Assembly: GCF_035594765.1 (NCBI RefSeq)
Contig: NC_085842.1
Location: forward strand, 208,517,747-208,581,746
Direction of reading: 5' to 3'
DNA length: 64,000 nucleotides
From: Anolis carolinensis
Lineage: Eukaryota
This document shows positions 11,678 through 25,268 of this stretch, one piece after another; position 1 is the first letter of the stretch; the number at the start of each line of letters is the position of its first letter. The notes beneath the pieces are model-generated. The model saw nothing but the letters and a program-made list of their open reading frames with translations. It ran no database searches and was not told the DNA's origin. Position numbers and translations under genes: made by a program.

Positions 11678-12619
11678 GATGACGATGATTTTACCCACTT
11701 CAATCCAGGTGGGGAACTATAACATTTAAAAAGAAAATATACCATCTCTGACTCAGGATTTCCCCCTTTTAAAGAAAGGTGGACTTCTATGCGGACCTAA
11801 TCCTCAACCCAATCTGAATAGAGCTAGAGTGTTGGGGAATCTGAGCTGTTAGCCTCAAAATAACCCTCAGTTGGGGTGTCGAGAGCAACCTGAGAACCTG
11901 AAAATTGCTAGTTGGGGTGATTCCACCATAAATATAGCAGAGTACCAGAAGTAAACTTCATAACCAGCAGAAACCTAGGTGTGCTGAGCTGGGATAAGCT
12001 TCTGTTCCTTAGGATGGTTTAGGATTGCAGAGTCAGAACTTTAGGTTCAATCATATTTCTTTCCTATCTGCAACGCCATTCTGATAAGGAAAATAGGAAG
12101 GGGAATGCTGGTGAGCTATTCCACAAAGCGTTTGAGTAGATCTCTCACAGCCTCAGTCAGTCCTCCAAACTTCAGGCAATCTCTTAACCTGATTCCTTAC
12201 TCTTGCCAGAAACTCCAACAAAGAGAAAGGAAAGGCCCTGTTCTATTAGACTCTACAGGATTCCTCCATAGGTTTTCACGCAGGCAGGGATTTTTTCCCC
12301 TTTCTTTAAGTGTTTTAGAGATATAGAGATGGGCGAAGGCTCTCCTCCTGCACAGCCCTGGCATTGGAGAATACTGGCATAGGGCTAACGCTTGAGTGCT
12401 TCTCCAAATAAACAATATAAGAGGGGGAAAGGGGGTACAGAAGGAGGAAATGGGTGAATTTCAAGCGGAGGTTGCTATCCCAAGGGAGATTGGCCATTTC
12501 ACTTCTCATCTCTCCAGGGAAGATTCCTCTTTGAAGGATCTTTCAATGTTTCCCAAATATAAACTCTCTTTTTATCTATATCCCATTTTCCTTAACAGGT
12601 TCGGGAGGCTTGAGGACTA

Positions 12620-13220
12620 GCAGTCTCGCCTACGACTTATGCCGACCTAATAAACTGCATAGAGCTTTCTTAGGCAAAAAAGCAAATGGCGTTTTTTTCA
12701 GTCCCTTCCTCTAAAACAGGGGTCCTCAAACTTTTTAAGCAGAGGGCCGGTCCACGGTTCCTGACTATAGTTTGAAAAAAAAGTACAAATTCCTATGCAC
12801 AGGGCACATGTCTTATTTGTAGAGCAAAAAACAAACGAACAACGAAAGAACAATACAATATTTAAAAATAAAAACAATTTTAACCAACATAAACCTACCA
12901 GGATTTCAATGGGAAATGTGGGTCTACTTCTTGCTGATGAGATAGTCAAGTTAATTAGGATTGTTGTTGTTGTTGTGTGCCTTCAAGTCATTTCAGACTT
13001 AGGACGAGCCTAAGTCTAAAACTGAGGGCGGGGACTAGAGAAATAACCTTGGAGAGTCGCATCCGGCCCACGGGCCTTAGTTTGGGGACCCCTGCCCCTA
13101 AAATATAGCCAACAGCACCCTGTATTCCTTGGCGGTCTCCTATGGGAGCTCTCCTATACAAGTACTAACCAACTTGTTTTCTAAGATCATGTGGGATCTG
13201 GTGCTTTTAGTGTATTTAGG
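12620..13220 (-). mobile_element. 5S rRNA-derived SINE (SINE3-like), interrupted by the hAT MITE
   Basis: 13107-13215 matches the reverse complement of 5S rRNA (AGCC.ACAGCACCC.GTATTCC..GGCGGTCTCC...CAAGTACTAACC...AGATCA). Left boundary approximate. Confidence 0.65.
12717..13094. mobile_element. hAT-type MITE, same family as 38227-41552, opposite orientation, uninterrupted
   Basis: TIRs CAGGGGTCCTCAAAC/GTTTGGGGACCCCTG. Degenerate TSD (CCTCTAAAA/CCCCTAAAA). Internal sequence matches the other copy. Confidence 0.8.
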
Positions 13221-15167
13221 ACTTCAAGGACAACCTTCCATGCTCTTAGTTGTGAATTGTTGGGGAATCTGTGCTGTTTGGCTCAAAATAACCCTCAGTT
13301 GGGGCAATTCCACCAAAAATATACCAGAGTACCAGAAGTAAACTTCATAACCAGCCGAAACTTTGTGTGATGAGTTGGGATAAGCTTCTATTTCTTAGGA
13401 TGGTTTGGGATTGCAGAGTCAGAACTTTAGGTTGAAAAATATTTATTGAAATAAAAGACATAAATTCTTGATAGAAAAAGGTACTGGAGCTAATTAACTT
13501 ACTGTGGGCCCTTCCACACAGCCATATAACCCAGAATATCAAGGCAGAATAACCCACAATATTTGTTCTGAACTGGAATATCTGAATCAACACTGCCATA
13601 TATCCCAGTTCAAAGCAGATATGGTGTGGTTTTATTCAGCTGTGTGGAAGGGGCCCAGGTTTCATCTTTTAATGAGGTAAAAGACCACGCAGCTTCATTT
13701 TGGCTAGAGAGAGGCAAAAATGTGCATATAACCCCCTAAGGAGGTCTGTGGACCTTCTTTCTGAGTCAGCACCCCAGAAGTCCACCTTAAATGTTCTGCT
13801 CCTGATCCTCGCCCCTTGAATTCCCTGTTCCTGTCTATGAAATAATACTTCTAGGCCTAAAGTCTCTTTTATTTTGTTTATCTAGAAGATGTAAAGACCT
13901 GGCCGTCAGAAGCAGTGAACGCTGCTAGACTTCCTCCTGGGTAGACACACAGATTAGGCGAGAGGTGGATCCAAGAGTTTTCTTTGCTTGGGCCAGCGCT
14001 AGTATGCATATTTTCTCCCACTGAACCCATCTTAAATTTGTCAGCGGTCAAAGCTTTTTGGACCATCGCTGAGCAATCCGTCCTTGGTACATTATGAAGT
14101 CACAGAGGCCCAGCACAACCGGTCCGGAGAGCCCACGGCCCTGGGCGAGTGGGCAAAATGCAGGCGGAGAGGCTGAGGCCGGGCACTCTCTGATCCCTAT
14201 CTTGAAGCTGGTGTGGCACTTTTCTTCTGCCCCATCGCCTACATCTTCCTGAGCTGTCCTCAATCCGGTAGGCATTTTCTAATTCATTTAAAGTATTTTA
14301 AAAATATGAATCTTGTGTACAACAGTGGTGCAAAGTATCCCAAATACAACAACTAACTTATCAAACGCCAGGATCTCAAGCCTAAACCTGTTACATGTCT
14401 GCATCTATGGATGGATCTATGCTGCTCTATATTGCAGTTTCAGAATGCAGATATAACATGATTTTTTGTTCCTGGGTTATAAATGCCGTTTCCTAATTGG
14501 TTCTGTCATAAAAACATGGAAACAGTTGATTACATTGCATTTTTGCGGGACATCCTGCAACACATTTTGCCATAGTTTTTCAAAGAATATCCCATCGAGC
14601 CTCAACCAGTTCAACATAGTAAAAAACAAGATTCTGAAGTATAAGAACTACTTTCAAAGTAAGTACCGCACAATTAAATAGGAATAACACTTTCAAAACA
14701 GGAACATAAGTTTTGTTCAAATTTTGTTACCTAGTGTTATATGGCAGTGTGGATTCGCATAATCCAGTTCAATTCAGTTAATCTGCATTTTGAAACTTAA
14801 TTATATGGCAGTGTAGATCCAGTCTTATTTTATTTTATTCACATACATGGTTGCCGGTCCAAAATTTTTGCACTTTCCAAGAAAGGTAGGGAGAATTTTT
14901 TTAAAATAGCTTTAATGTGTTTTCATAAATTAGGGCGTCAGAAGCATTCATCTTTGGATACGCTTATTGTATCTACATATATAGACTTGTTGCATTCTAG
15001 TTCAAAAACTCTTTAGTTTTTAGAGTGTGTTCATATAACTGTGAGTTTTAGGCGCATTTGCCTTTCAGTAGATGAGACCAGTCCTATCCATCCAATCCTT
15101 GATGCCCTTCAGTGAGTCTAAATTGTAAGTAATGGCTGCAGTTCAAGAAATAAAAGTTATGTCATTA

Positions 15168-15392
15168 TGTTGTCCATGGTTTTCATGGCCGGAATCACTG
15201 GGTTGCTGTGAGTTTTCCGGGCTGTATGGCCATGTTCCAGAAGCATTCTCTCCTGACATTTCACCCGCATCTATGGCAGGCATCCTCAGAGGTTGTGAGC
15301 TGTGGATGCCTGCCATAGATGTGGGCGAAACTTCAGGAGAGAATGCTTCTGAAACATAACCATACAGCCCGGAAAACTCACAGTAACCCAGT
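15168..15392. mobile_element. Inverted (fold-back) PLE terminal-repeat pair
   Basis: Minus copy to about 15299, directly followed by a plus copy. Confidence 0.82.
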
Positions 15393-16647
15393 TATATTGG
15401 GGGGAGAGGGGAGATATTGCTTCTCAAAAGGTGACAGAGGCCCCTTCCATACAGCTGAATAAAATCCCACATTATCTGCTTTGAACTGGAATATATGGCA
15501 GTGTGGACACAGATAACCCAGTTCAAAGCAGATATTGTGGGATTTACTGCCTTGATATTCTGGGTTATGTGACTGTGTGGAAGGGACCAGAGAGAAAAGA
15601 AGGGTTGAATTATTCTGTCCTCTTCCTCACTTCGTTTCACCAAACCCGATGCCTTTAAGGAAGCCTGGAATTAATGTATCTATCTATCCCATCCGCTTGG
15701 TCGACCTATATTTATGCGATAGAGCCAGGCAAAGCACCCCGCCCGCCTTCCAAGGGTAAGGTTAAGGCTTATGGAAGAAATGCAGTGGACACTCCCCATT
15801 GCCCTCCACATTAAATATAGAAACTACATCAATATTTACTTGGGTTAAGTGTTTGTTTTTAAACCAAGGGAGAAGGTGACATGAAAATAAAATCTATATC
15901 GGGTCACCTCGTTTGGGGTTTCGGGTGTGACAATGATAATAATATTTTTTGAAAAAACATATCCCTGAAAATATATATGGGCAGGCGCCTGGTTTGAGTC
16001 TGACGTCTAAAGATATCTCTGTGCCCGAGTCAGGTTCGATTAAAATTAAGAAGGCGTGACTCCTTACAGCAGATGGAATTCGGCCCCGTCTGGCCCAGTT
16101 TAGTCGCTCATGACCCTTGAATCTCAGCAAAGATCTTTCATAGAAGAGATTCACCATGGGGTGTTTGGGTGTACTTTGCACCTTATTGCAATCCGCTGCC
16201 TCCTATTGCCCAGACTCCAAACTCGTGGTTAAAACGCAAAGAGGGAGAGGTTGAATTTAATGGGGAAGAATCCCAGGGCGTGTAAATTTCCCATGCTTCA
16301 CTTGAGTGGATCGTGCCCATCAATCTGAAAAAAAGAGGGTTCTCCCATTGGAGTGTTCGGTCCTAGAGCAGCACAACTGGATCTGCTATGGAGTCCATGC
16401 TAAAGGAATCATGTTTTGTGAGCACTCTACTCCCAATCTAAATTCAGTGGTGTCAGTAAGAGCCATTTTGGTTTCGGTGGGAAGGTTGCTTTTGTTTCTA
16501 ATGCATTCAGGTTTCGGCCTAAAGGCGCTCTGACGGCGCACTTGTGTTCAAGTCAGTGCAAATGTGCTCCGGATAGGAGGTGCAGCAGCCCAGCTCACAA
16601 CCCCGTTACCCCAAATCTAATGACTAATTACCCCGATCCCCTCATAG

Positions 16648-16730
16648 CAATGCTTCTGGAACATGGCCATACAGCCGGGAAAACTCACAGCAACCCAGTA
16701 ATTCCGGCAATGAAAGCCTTCGACAACACA
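16648..16730 (+). mobile_element. Short PLE terminal fragment
   Basis: AATGCTTCTGGAACATGGCC...GCCTTCGACAACACA. Confidence 0.75.
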
Positions 16731-16810
16731 GAGTCATAGTAATAATGTCTTAAATTTTTCCTTTTGGTTTTCTCAATGCTTTCTGGATCTAAAGGCTCAT
16801 CCATGTAAAC

Positions 16811-16944
16811 CAGTGGTTCTTAACCTGGATCCCCAGATGTTTTTGGCCTACAACTCCCAGAAATCCCAGCTAGTTTACCAGCTGTTAGGATTTCTGGGAG
16901 TTGAAGGCCAAAAACAACTGGGGACCCCAGGTTGAGAACCACAG
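16811..16944. mobile_element. Small palindromic hAT MITE (URR1-like)
   Basis: TIR CAGTGGTTCT.AACCTG. Perfect 8-bp TSD ATGTAAAC. Confidence 0.85.
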
Positions 16945-17997
16945 ATGTAAACCCAGTGAAAAAGACTGCCTATAAGAATTGATTCTTTATTTCAAGGCTG
17001 TGGAGTTGGTGGTTGTCCTCCTCCTCCTTTTTTCTGTTTTGATAGCTCTTCTCTCATATTTGGGGAAGAGAGATTGCTGCTGCCAGTGCCTAGCTAGCGA
17101 ACAAGATCCATTACCTAAACGAGAAGAAAACAATAAATTTCAGGGAAGTGTTGGTGGTGGGGGGGGGGGAGCAATGTGAGAAGATAGACGTGGCTCCCTT
17201 GGGCTGCAGTCTTCCATAGGGCTGTGTTATTAGTTTCCCTGGCCTAAATCCAACTGTTATTTCAAACTGGGGTAAACTCACTAGGAACTCGAAAAACTAA
17301 CACTCATGTAAATTCTATTTATTCAATGGCTCGGGTGGCGGTCAAGAATGAGATTTAGGTTTCTGGTGCTTCAAAAGAGGAGGTCAGGCTCAACATTTTA
17401 CCGGCTTTTTCCCCCTGCCTTTCTCCCACCAGAAAGAGGCCTTGAACCAGAAAGAGGCCTTTTATAGGGCCTCTTTCTGGGACAAAAATTGATTGGGAAT
17501 GCACGTCTGTTTTCCCGGGGAAATAAACAGCACTGGAATCAATGCCTCTTGATATCCAATAGGCTCCAATAAATAGGATTACAGGATGAGATGTGGGGTT
17601 TTTTTTTTTCTAAATTCCTGGTTTGTTTTGTTTAGTTTCTGCAAACCAAAGGAAATTAAGGTGCCTGTAACCAGTTTACATAAGATGAAGAGTAATAGCT
17701 AATTGGGTGGTGGGATCCTGCTGTTTACCTTGAGGGTAGAGATGGAAATCATGAGACCCTCCAGTGTTTGCTGGTTTGCAATTCCAGTAGCCCCAGTCAA
17801 CATGGTCAGAGGAAAACTAGAAATCGTAGCCCAGCAACACTTGGAAGTCTACACCACTTGCCTTCCGTCCTGGTAGTGTCCTTTAATTTGAAAGAAAGGT
17901 GTAGTGATTTCTGCCTAATCTAATTTCAGCGATGAGCATAGCAGAAATATTAGGACATCACTACTACTGTACTCATCTCAGTTCCAGCGTTTGGGAT

Positions 17998-18152
17998 GCT
18001 GTTGCAGAAGGCTTTCATGGCCGGAATCACTGGGTTGCTATGAGTTTTCCAGGCTGTATGGCCATGATCCTGAAGCGTTCTCTTCTGACTTTTCACCCAC
18101 ATCTATGGCAGGCATCCTCAGAGGTTGTGAAGTCTGTTGGAAACTAGGCAAG
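17998..18152 (-). mobile_element. PLE terminal-repeat fragment
   Basis: Homology to the terminal repeat. Confidence 0.78.
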
Positions 18153-19153
18153 GCATGCTGTTTCCTGTAGATCTTCCTAGAGAAATTGCTTTGGTTTGAG
18201 AGGGAAAGGCCACAAAGATGAACAGAGCTTACTTAGTTTGCTTTTTGGACGACAGCTTCCAGAATCCTCCAGACAGTACTTTGAATAAACGTTACTCCCC
18301 CAAAGTATTGATGTTTCTCCCTCCGCAATGCCTCTTCGACCCAAAAGTTCTCAAAAAGAGCCTTATCGAGCTGTAGCTCCTGCAAACAGACAGAGTGGCG
18401 GTTATTTTATCTTTTCCATTCAGTCCCAAGAGACAAGCCAACAGTGAAGCAACATCATTGACAGCAACTCAGAGAAGATTCCTGGCATCGTCCATCTCCT
18501 TTAATGGGGATCTGGCACTTCATGCACAACTATGTCATTTCTCTTTCATGTACCACTGTATCACCCTCAACTCACAATTTACTAAACAACATGCATTCCC
18601 CCTTCCATTCAAGCACTTTATTTAAGTTTGCTGATTCCTTATTTGGTGTTCTACATATAAATGGAACAGCCATTCCTAACTTTTCTTTGGAAGCACGTGT
18701 ACAATCCTTTGTTTATATTACTGTGTGCCTTCAAATCCCTTACGATTTATGGCGATCTTAAGGACAACTTATCACCTTTTTTGTGGTTGAGAATGTGTGA
18801 TTCACCAAGTACCATTGGCCAAATGGGATTTGAGCCATGGTTTCCAGAATCATTGTCCAATCAAAGTGGGCTCCGTAATAATTTGTAACCTTGTTTATTT
18901 GGCAATTGGCAAGGCAGACACATACACAACCGAGTTTAACTGTCCCAACAAAACGTGTACAGCAAGAGTGGCCTTCTAGATATGCCTGGACTGCAAGTAT
19001 TCTCCGTTTTAGCTTGCATAACCAGTGGGATTGAAGTTTCAACGGGAAGGTCCTGATGAACAGAATCACAGCCTTACATGGTTTCCTAAGAAGCTTTTCA
19101 CCAAGTGGATATCTAGTCTATAGAAAACCTACACCACAGTGTATCTGTTAAAC

Positions 19154-19282
19154 CAGTGGTTCTCAACCTGAGGTTCCCATATGTTTTTCAACTCCCAGAA
19201 ATCCTAATAGCTGGTAAACTGGCTGGGATTTCTGGGAGTTGTAGGCCAAAAACATCTGGGGACACCAGGTTGAGAACCACTG
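19154..19282. mobile_element. Small palindromic hAT MITE (URR1-like)
   Basis: Same TIRs. TSD TGTTAAAC/TATTAAAC. Confidence 0.82.
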
Positions 19283-20869
19283 TATTAAACCTTTGTTATT
19301 CCTCTTTATTTCCATGTTGTTCTCAGTATGTAACTCCGGGACACACTTCAGGCTCGGAAGATACTAGTGAAAAACTTATGAAGCCATGAAGCCAGAAACA
19401 GGCATCTCTGAACGATAAATGAGCGATTTCAGGAACTGCTAACAGGTTGTCTGTTGATTTTAACAGGAGATAAACCTATTAGGAATAAATCCATCTACAC
19501 AAGAAGGAAGAAAGAGCAAAAATCAAACTTTGATACTTAAGTAAGCAACTAATTTCAGAGGTGCCCTGAAACTTCTCTCTTAAAGAAGTTTTTAGGAAGG
19601 ATTATGGTCTGAGGAAATGCAATAACCCGGTCCACATCCTATGGTCCACTCTGAAGTCCATTTACACCGCTCCGTTTTTCATGGGTTGTATAAACTTTGC
19701 CTCCTCTTGTTCTTCCTATTTGAATCTTTAACAAGCACCTGTGGTCGTAAAAAGAAAAAAAAACTTTTAAAATAACTAACAACAGTTTCGTGTGTCTGCC
19801 GACTGCAGGATCTGTTGAGAGACAGGGCTTATGTGGAAGGAAGAGCAAGGGAAGAAAGGGGGAGAGGACTTTAAAAGGGGCACACCAACCGAAACTGGTC
19901 GACAAATTTGGGACAAACTAACCAACAACACAGCTGTAAATGCCTCTCATCAACGCACTTGCACCCACAGCTCTCAAGTTCGTGGGGGAGTCTGCAGGGG
20001 ACTTCCGAACAAACAAAGTTTCTTTGAGTCTCCTTTGTGGAGACAAAAAAGCAGGATATAAATACATCACAACAACAACAATACAGAAGCAGCAGCAACA
20101 ACAACATGACTTTACTTTTTTCTTCTACACTCAGGGGTACCACTGAACTTGTCACGTCACAGATAGTTTGCTTATAAAGTTATGTTCCTTGGTACTTCTC
20201 CCCATGCACCCGGGGAAAAACTTTAGGCGAATCTACAATGTAGATTAAATTATTTATTTATGTATTTACTATATTTATATACCACCTTTCTCACCCCTGG
20301 GAGGGGACTCAAAGCGGTTTACAATATATTAATGGCAGATATTCAGCGCAAACATACATATAATAGGGGGGAAATCATAATAGCTAAACACTAACATGTA
20401 GCTATAAATTAAAACAATTAAAATCATTAAACATATGCATAAGCAGAATTTAAACACTAAGACAAAGCATTAAAACATCCTAATATAAATATTAAAACCA
20501 CATGATCCAATGCTGTTTGCCTCCAATTTAACTGCCATGGCTCAATACTGTGGAATCAGGAGAGATGTAGTTTGATCAGGCACCAGTCCTCTTTGGCAAA
20601 GAAGGCTAAAGACCTTGTAAAACTCCAGTCCTCATAATTCCCTAGCACTGAGCCATGGTAGCCGAAGTTGTGTCAAACGGCATTAATTTTACAGAAACCC
20701 CAGTCTAAGAAAGCAATTTTGGAGGTCCAACAATAGCCAAGTGCATACTGATATTCCAAACTATGTCTTTTACCTCAGAAGAGGAATCCCATTCCATCCT
20801 GACTGTGAGCCATTCTGCCTTATGCTGAGCGAGGACTTGAACCACCACCTCCAATCCTGGGTTATTGTT

Positions 20870-21206
20870 CCAGACATGAAACAATCAAGACCAGTTAACA
20901 CCTCCCAACAAAGGATCCCCCCCTCAGGAAGCAGCCAGGCTTTGAAGCTGCAAAGTTTTTCAATGCTAATCAAGGTGATTAATTGCAACATTCACACTTG
21001 CCTCCAACAAAGAGAGTTTTTTCTCCCACCCTGGACCTTCCACAGATACATAAACTCACTTGCCTAGTTTTCCAATATACTTCACAACCTCTGAGGATGA
21101 CTGTCATAGGTGTGGGTGAAACGTCAAGAGAGAATGGAACATGGCCATACAGCCCGGAAAACTCACAGCAGCCCATTGATTGGGCCATGAAAGCCTTCCA
21201 TAACAC
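20870..21206 (+). mobile_element. PLE 3' fragment
   Basis: Homology to the PLE 3' end. Hammerhead core intact at 21091-21125, but stems weakened. Confidence 0.8.
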
Positions 21207-21894
21207 AATCCTGATTTAGTTGGCATGGGTGAGAAGACTGTGACGTCACTGCCGGGCTAGCCTTGACCGTGACTATGCGGCCTATTTGACCTTGACATCA
21301 CTAGCTTCCTGCGTAATGATCAACAAGTCTAAAACCTTGATCTTCCAGCAGCCACTCAAGAGCTGGTCTCCTCTCTTAAGTGTTCCTTGCTTCTGTTTGC
21401 AGATAAACAAGGTGTCATTTCAAGTCTAGACAGGCGGCCTAATGGCCAACAATAAAGGCTTGAAAAGGAAACTTCCCAGGTTTAGCCCTTTCTTTCCTTT
21501 GTAAGCACTGCCTTGACTACAGTCTTTTATAGCAGAAAAAGGAGCCCCCTCCTCCCTTCAGCCATTTCCCCCATTTCCTATGTAGTTAGTTATACATCCC
21601 TTGCACTTGAAGTTTGCTTTTTTCAAGTTCATTATTTATCTGCAAGAGGAAATTGGTCTCACAGTACAAAATAGTCGGCTTGATGGTGCAGTCCCATGCT
21701 TGTCTTTCCAGAAGTTATTCCTGTTGTGTTCAATGGGACAGACTCTGAGGTAAGTGTATAAGACTACAGCCTTAATTGCTAACTTTTCGCATTCTTCCTC
21801 TCTTTAAGGATATCATCTTTAGGATTAATGTATTTCTGACTTAGAGTGGGAGAGAGTTGTAATTTACACATAAATAAATCTAAATATAGGAAAA

Positions 21895-22005
21895 GGAAGC
21901 AATGCAGAGTCAGCCATGGGCGAGTACTTGGATGTGAAACCGCCCCAAAATATCAGGTGTTACAGACTCTGTTTCAGAAAATTAACTAACAAACTACCTC
22001 TAAAT
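21895..22005 (+). mobile_element. Degenerate 5S-derived SINE fragment
   Basis: GGAAGC..GCAGAGTCAGCCATGG..AGTACTTGGATG.GAAACCGCC...AATATCAGGTG resembles the 3' half of 5S rRNA. Confidence 0.5.
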
Positions 22006-24879
22006 CCATACACTGCCATATAATCGAGATTATCAAATCATATAATCCACATTATCTGCTTTGAACTGGGTTAGACGAGTCTACATTGCCAAATAGTCTA
22101 GTTCAAATCAGAAAATCTGGATTTTATACGCATCTTAGAGCCAGTTTGAGGCCCCTTCCACACAGCTGAATAAAATCCCACATTTTCTACTTTGAACTGG
22201 AATATATGGCAGTGTGGACTCAGATAACCCCGTTCAAAGCAGATATTGTCGGATTTTCTGCCTTGATATCCTGGGTTATATTATTGTGTGGAAGGGCCGT
22301 TAGTGTTCTTTGCCTAAGAAAACCCCATGAAATTCATGGAATTGCCTTAAATCCACAAGCCACTGGAAGGCATACACACTCACAACCCACGAACACAATT
22401 CTGAAACACCGTAATGGATAGACTTTTTAGCCGCAGAGATTTTGATGCAAGTATGTCCCGGAAGCAAGATGTTTTCAGTAGACGGTTGCAGGAAGGGTTC
22501 AATTGTGAAAATGATATCTCCTGCCAGGTGTGTGAGTGTGTGGTATTGGGAGGTGACCTTTTTGGGTTTGTCCTTTGATACGTCTGTGATTAATACACGA
22601 AGAGAGACTTTACTTCTTGCCTGTTGCATTTCGTTTGACTCCATGAGAAGTTTCAGGAAAGTTCTAGAGATTGACCACCCAAGTATTGGAACTGAAAAAC
22701 AAGCCTTATTGAAATCAATAAGGTGCATTTTGGTGGGCTTAGGAGATAACTGTTCACCCCACCATTCTCAGACAATAAACGGGCACTGAACAAAATGAAA
22801 ATACTACATAACTGAGGGCCCTTCCACACAGCCATATAACCCAGAATATCAAGGCAGAAAATCCCATAATACCTGCTTTGAATTGGGTTATCTGAGTCCA
22901 CACTGCCATATATACCAGTTCAAAGCTGAAAATGTAGGGTTTATTTAGCTGTGTGGAAGGGGCTTGAGAAGCAGAAGAGGCAATGAATAGGTAGAAGCCA
23001 AACCTTGCTGTCTTTTCCCTCTTTAGCCCTACACCTTCCCTGCACTCAAGATACAGGAGTAGGTTTACATAAATCCAGCAGGAGAATGATAGCCTCTGCT
23101 GGCAATGTTGGGGAAAATGTAGCTGCATCCATAAGCGTTTAACTCTTAAGGGCACTTGAGCAGGATCAGCAACAAAAACATTTAAACTTGTAATCTGATT
23201 TTTTTTTTAAAAAAAATCAAAGTCCAGGTAAAGCTAAAGAGTGGAGGTGTTTCTATATCTTCAGAAGTTCCATTCTGTTCTCTTTCTTCTCCCCACTTCT
23301 GCAATGCTCTCATAAGAATAACTCCACACAGCCACATATCCCAGAATATCAAGGCAGAAAGTCCCACAATATCTGCTTTGAACTGGAATATATGGCAGTT
23401 TGGACTCAGATAACCCAGTTCAAAGCAGATATTGTGGGATTTTCTGCCTTGATATCCTGGGATATAGGGCCGTGTGGAAGGACCCTCAGTCTCTTTTATC
23501 CAGCCATCAAATCCATCCATTTGAACAGGACCACTTCTATAGGCGTTCGTGATCAATGGCCAATGCTGTGGGTTTGAGGACCATTTTAAATCAATATGTA
23601 ACTTGATGAAGCCTTCGACAACACGATATATCATAAGGAATATGACCAAGAATGGGGCAAACATAGCGGGGGGGGGGGGGGGGATTGTATGGAATGTCTA
23701 TAGGTGGTCTAAAACTTGAAAACACTTTAGTAAGGAGGAATTTGGGTTTTTAAAAAAGGTTTTGTTTAACTAAATAACATTCTTACCCAAAAAAATAATA
23801 ATTGGAGACCATATCAATTGGGTGTTAAAACGGGGGGGGGGGGGGGGTGTTGTTGGGAAGTCACGGACTGTACTCTACTTTTTATGTAGCGGAAAGGAAT
23901 TTTCCATCAGAAGTTTAAGTTCAATTGTATTCTCTTGCCACAAACTGGAGACGTTTTCCTAATATTTTTATGTATTTTTTATTTTAATGCAATGTTGAAA
24001 TAAGTTGGCACGGTTTGGAGTTTGGGTGGGTGGGCGGTGTTGCTTCCAGAAAGACCCGCTTAAGGGAGGGCAGAATATTTTTGGAAGCAGAAAGAGAGAG
24101 AGAGAGAAAGAGAGAGAGGAGTCAAAGAAAGAAAGAAAGGCGAGGGGATCCTTTTGAGAGGGTGAGGGCACAAGCTTTGTGGAGAGAAGAAGAGTTGCAT
24201 ACTTTGCGGAGGGTCTTCGGAAAGGTGAAAGTAGCTGGGGACAAAGCTTTGCTGGGAAGAGCCGAGGGAGAAGAGAGGGGTCTCCCACCCCTCCCCAAGC
24301 TCTTTCTGTGTCTCTCTCCCCTTCGCAATAGCTGGTGTCTTTCAAGACAGTCATTTGCATAAGATGTCGGGCCCATTTAATACACTAGACAGTGACCTTG
24401 AACTGGCTCAAGCGCCATCTCTCAACTCGGATTCCACTTTCGGGGGGGGGGGGGGGGGCTTCCACACAGCTGAATAAAATCCCACATTTTCTGCTTTGAC
24501 CTGGGATATATGGACTCAGATTCAAAGCAGACATTATGGAATTTTCTGCCTTGATATTCTGGGTTATATGGCTGTGTGGAAGGGCCCTGGGCCCCTTCCC
24601 CCAAAGAAACACTTCTCAACAGAGAAATCATTGGATCCTGTAGGCTAGAGAACCCCACATTTCTTTAAATCCCAGATGGGTGCGTGGTGGAGGGTTTTGA
24701 AAGCACCCCTTCCTTCTTTGCTCTGCCTTTGCTATAGGGATAGATATATCTCAGGCCTATTAGTGGCCTTGATTTCCTGTATCGGAAAAAGGTGGGGGAA
24801 TAAACTCTAAATTAACAAATTAATTTTCCTCTTCCTCACAAGGCTGCCCCATAACTGGCTAACAGTATTATTTTTTAAA

Positions 24880-25268
24880 AAAAACAACCTCAGGACAGTA
24901 AATAAAGAACAACACCCAGAAAACAGGGGAATTCCAGACAGGAAACAATCAGGGCTAACTAACACCTCCCAACAAAGGATTTCCCAGGCGGGAATCAGCC
25001 AGGCTTTGAAGCTGCAAGGCTTTTCAATGAGAATCAGGGTGATTAATTGCAACACTCACACTTGACTCCAACAGACAAGAGTTCTTTCTCCCACTCTGGA
25101 CCTTCCACAGATATATAAACCTTACTTGCTTAGTTTCCAACATACCTCACAACCTCTGAGGATGCCTGCCATATATGTGGGCGCAACATCAGGAGAGAAT
25201 GCTCCTGGAACATGGTCATACAACCCGGGAAACTCACAGCAACCCAGTCAAAAGCCTTCGACAACACA
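24880..25268 (+). mobile_element. PLE 3' fragment
   Basis: Homology to the PLE 3' end. Confidence 0.8.

Noticed and set aside
13107-13220. Functional 5S rRNA gene
   Set aside because: Diverged with indels and attached to a SINE-like body.
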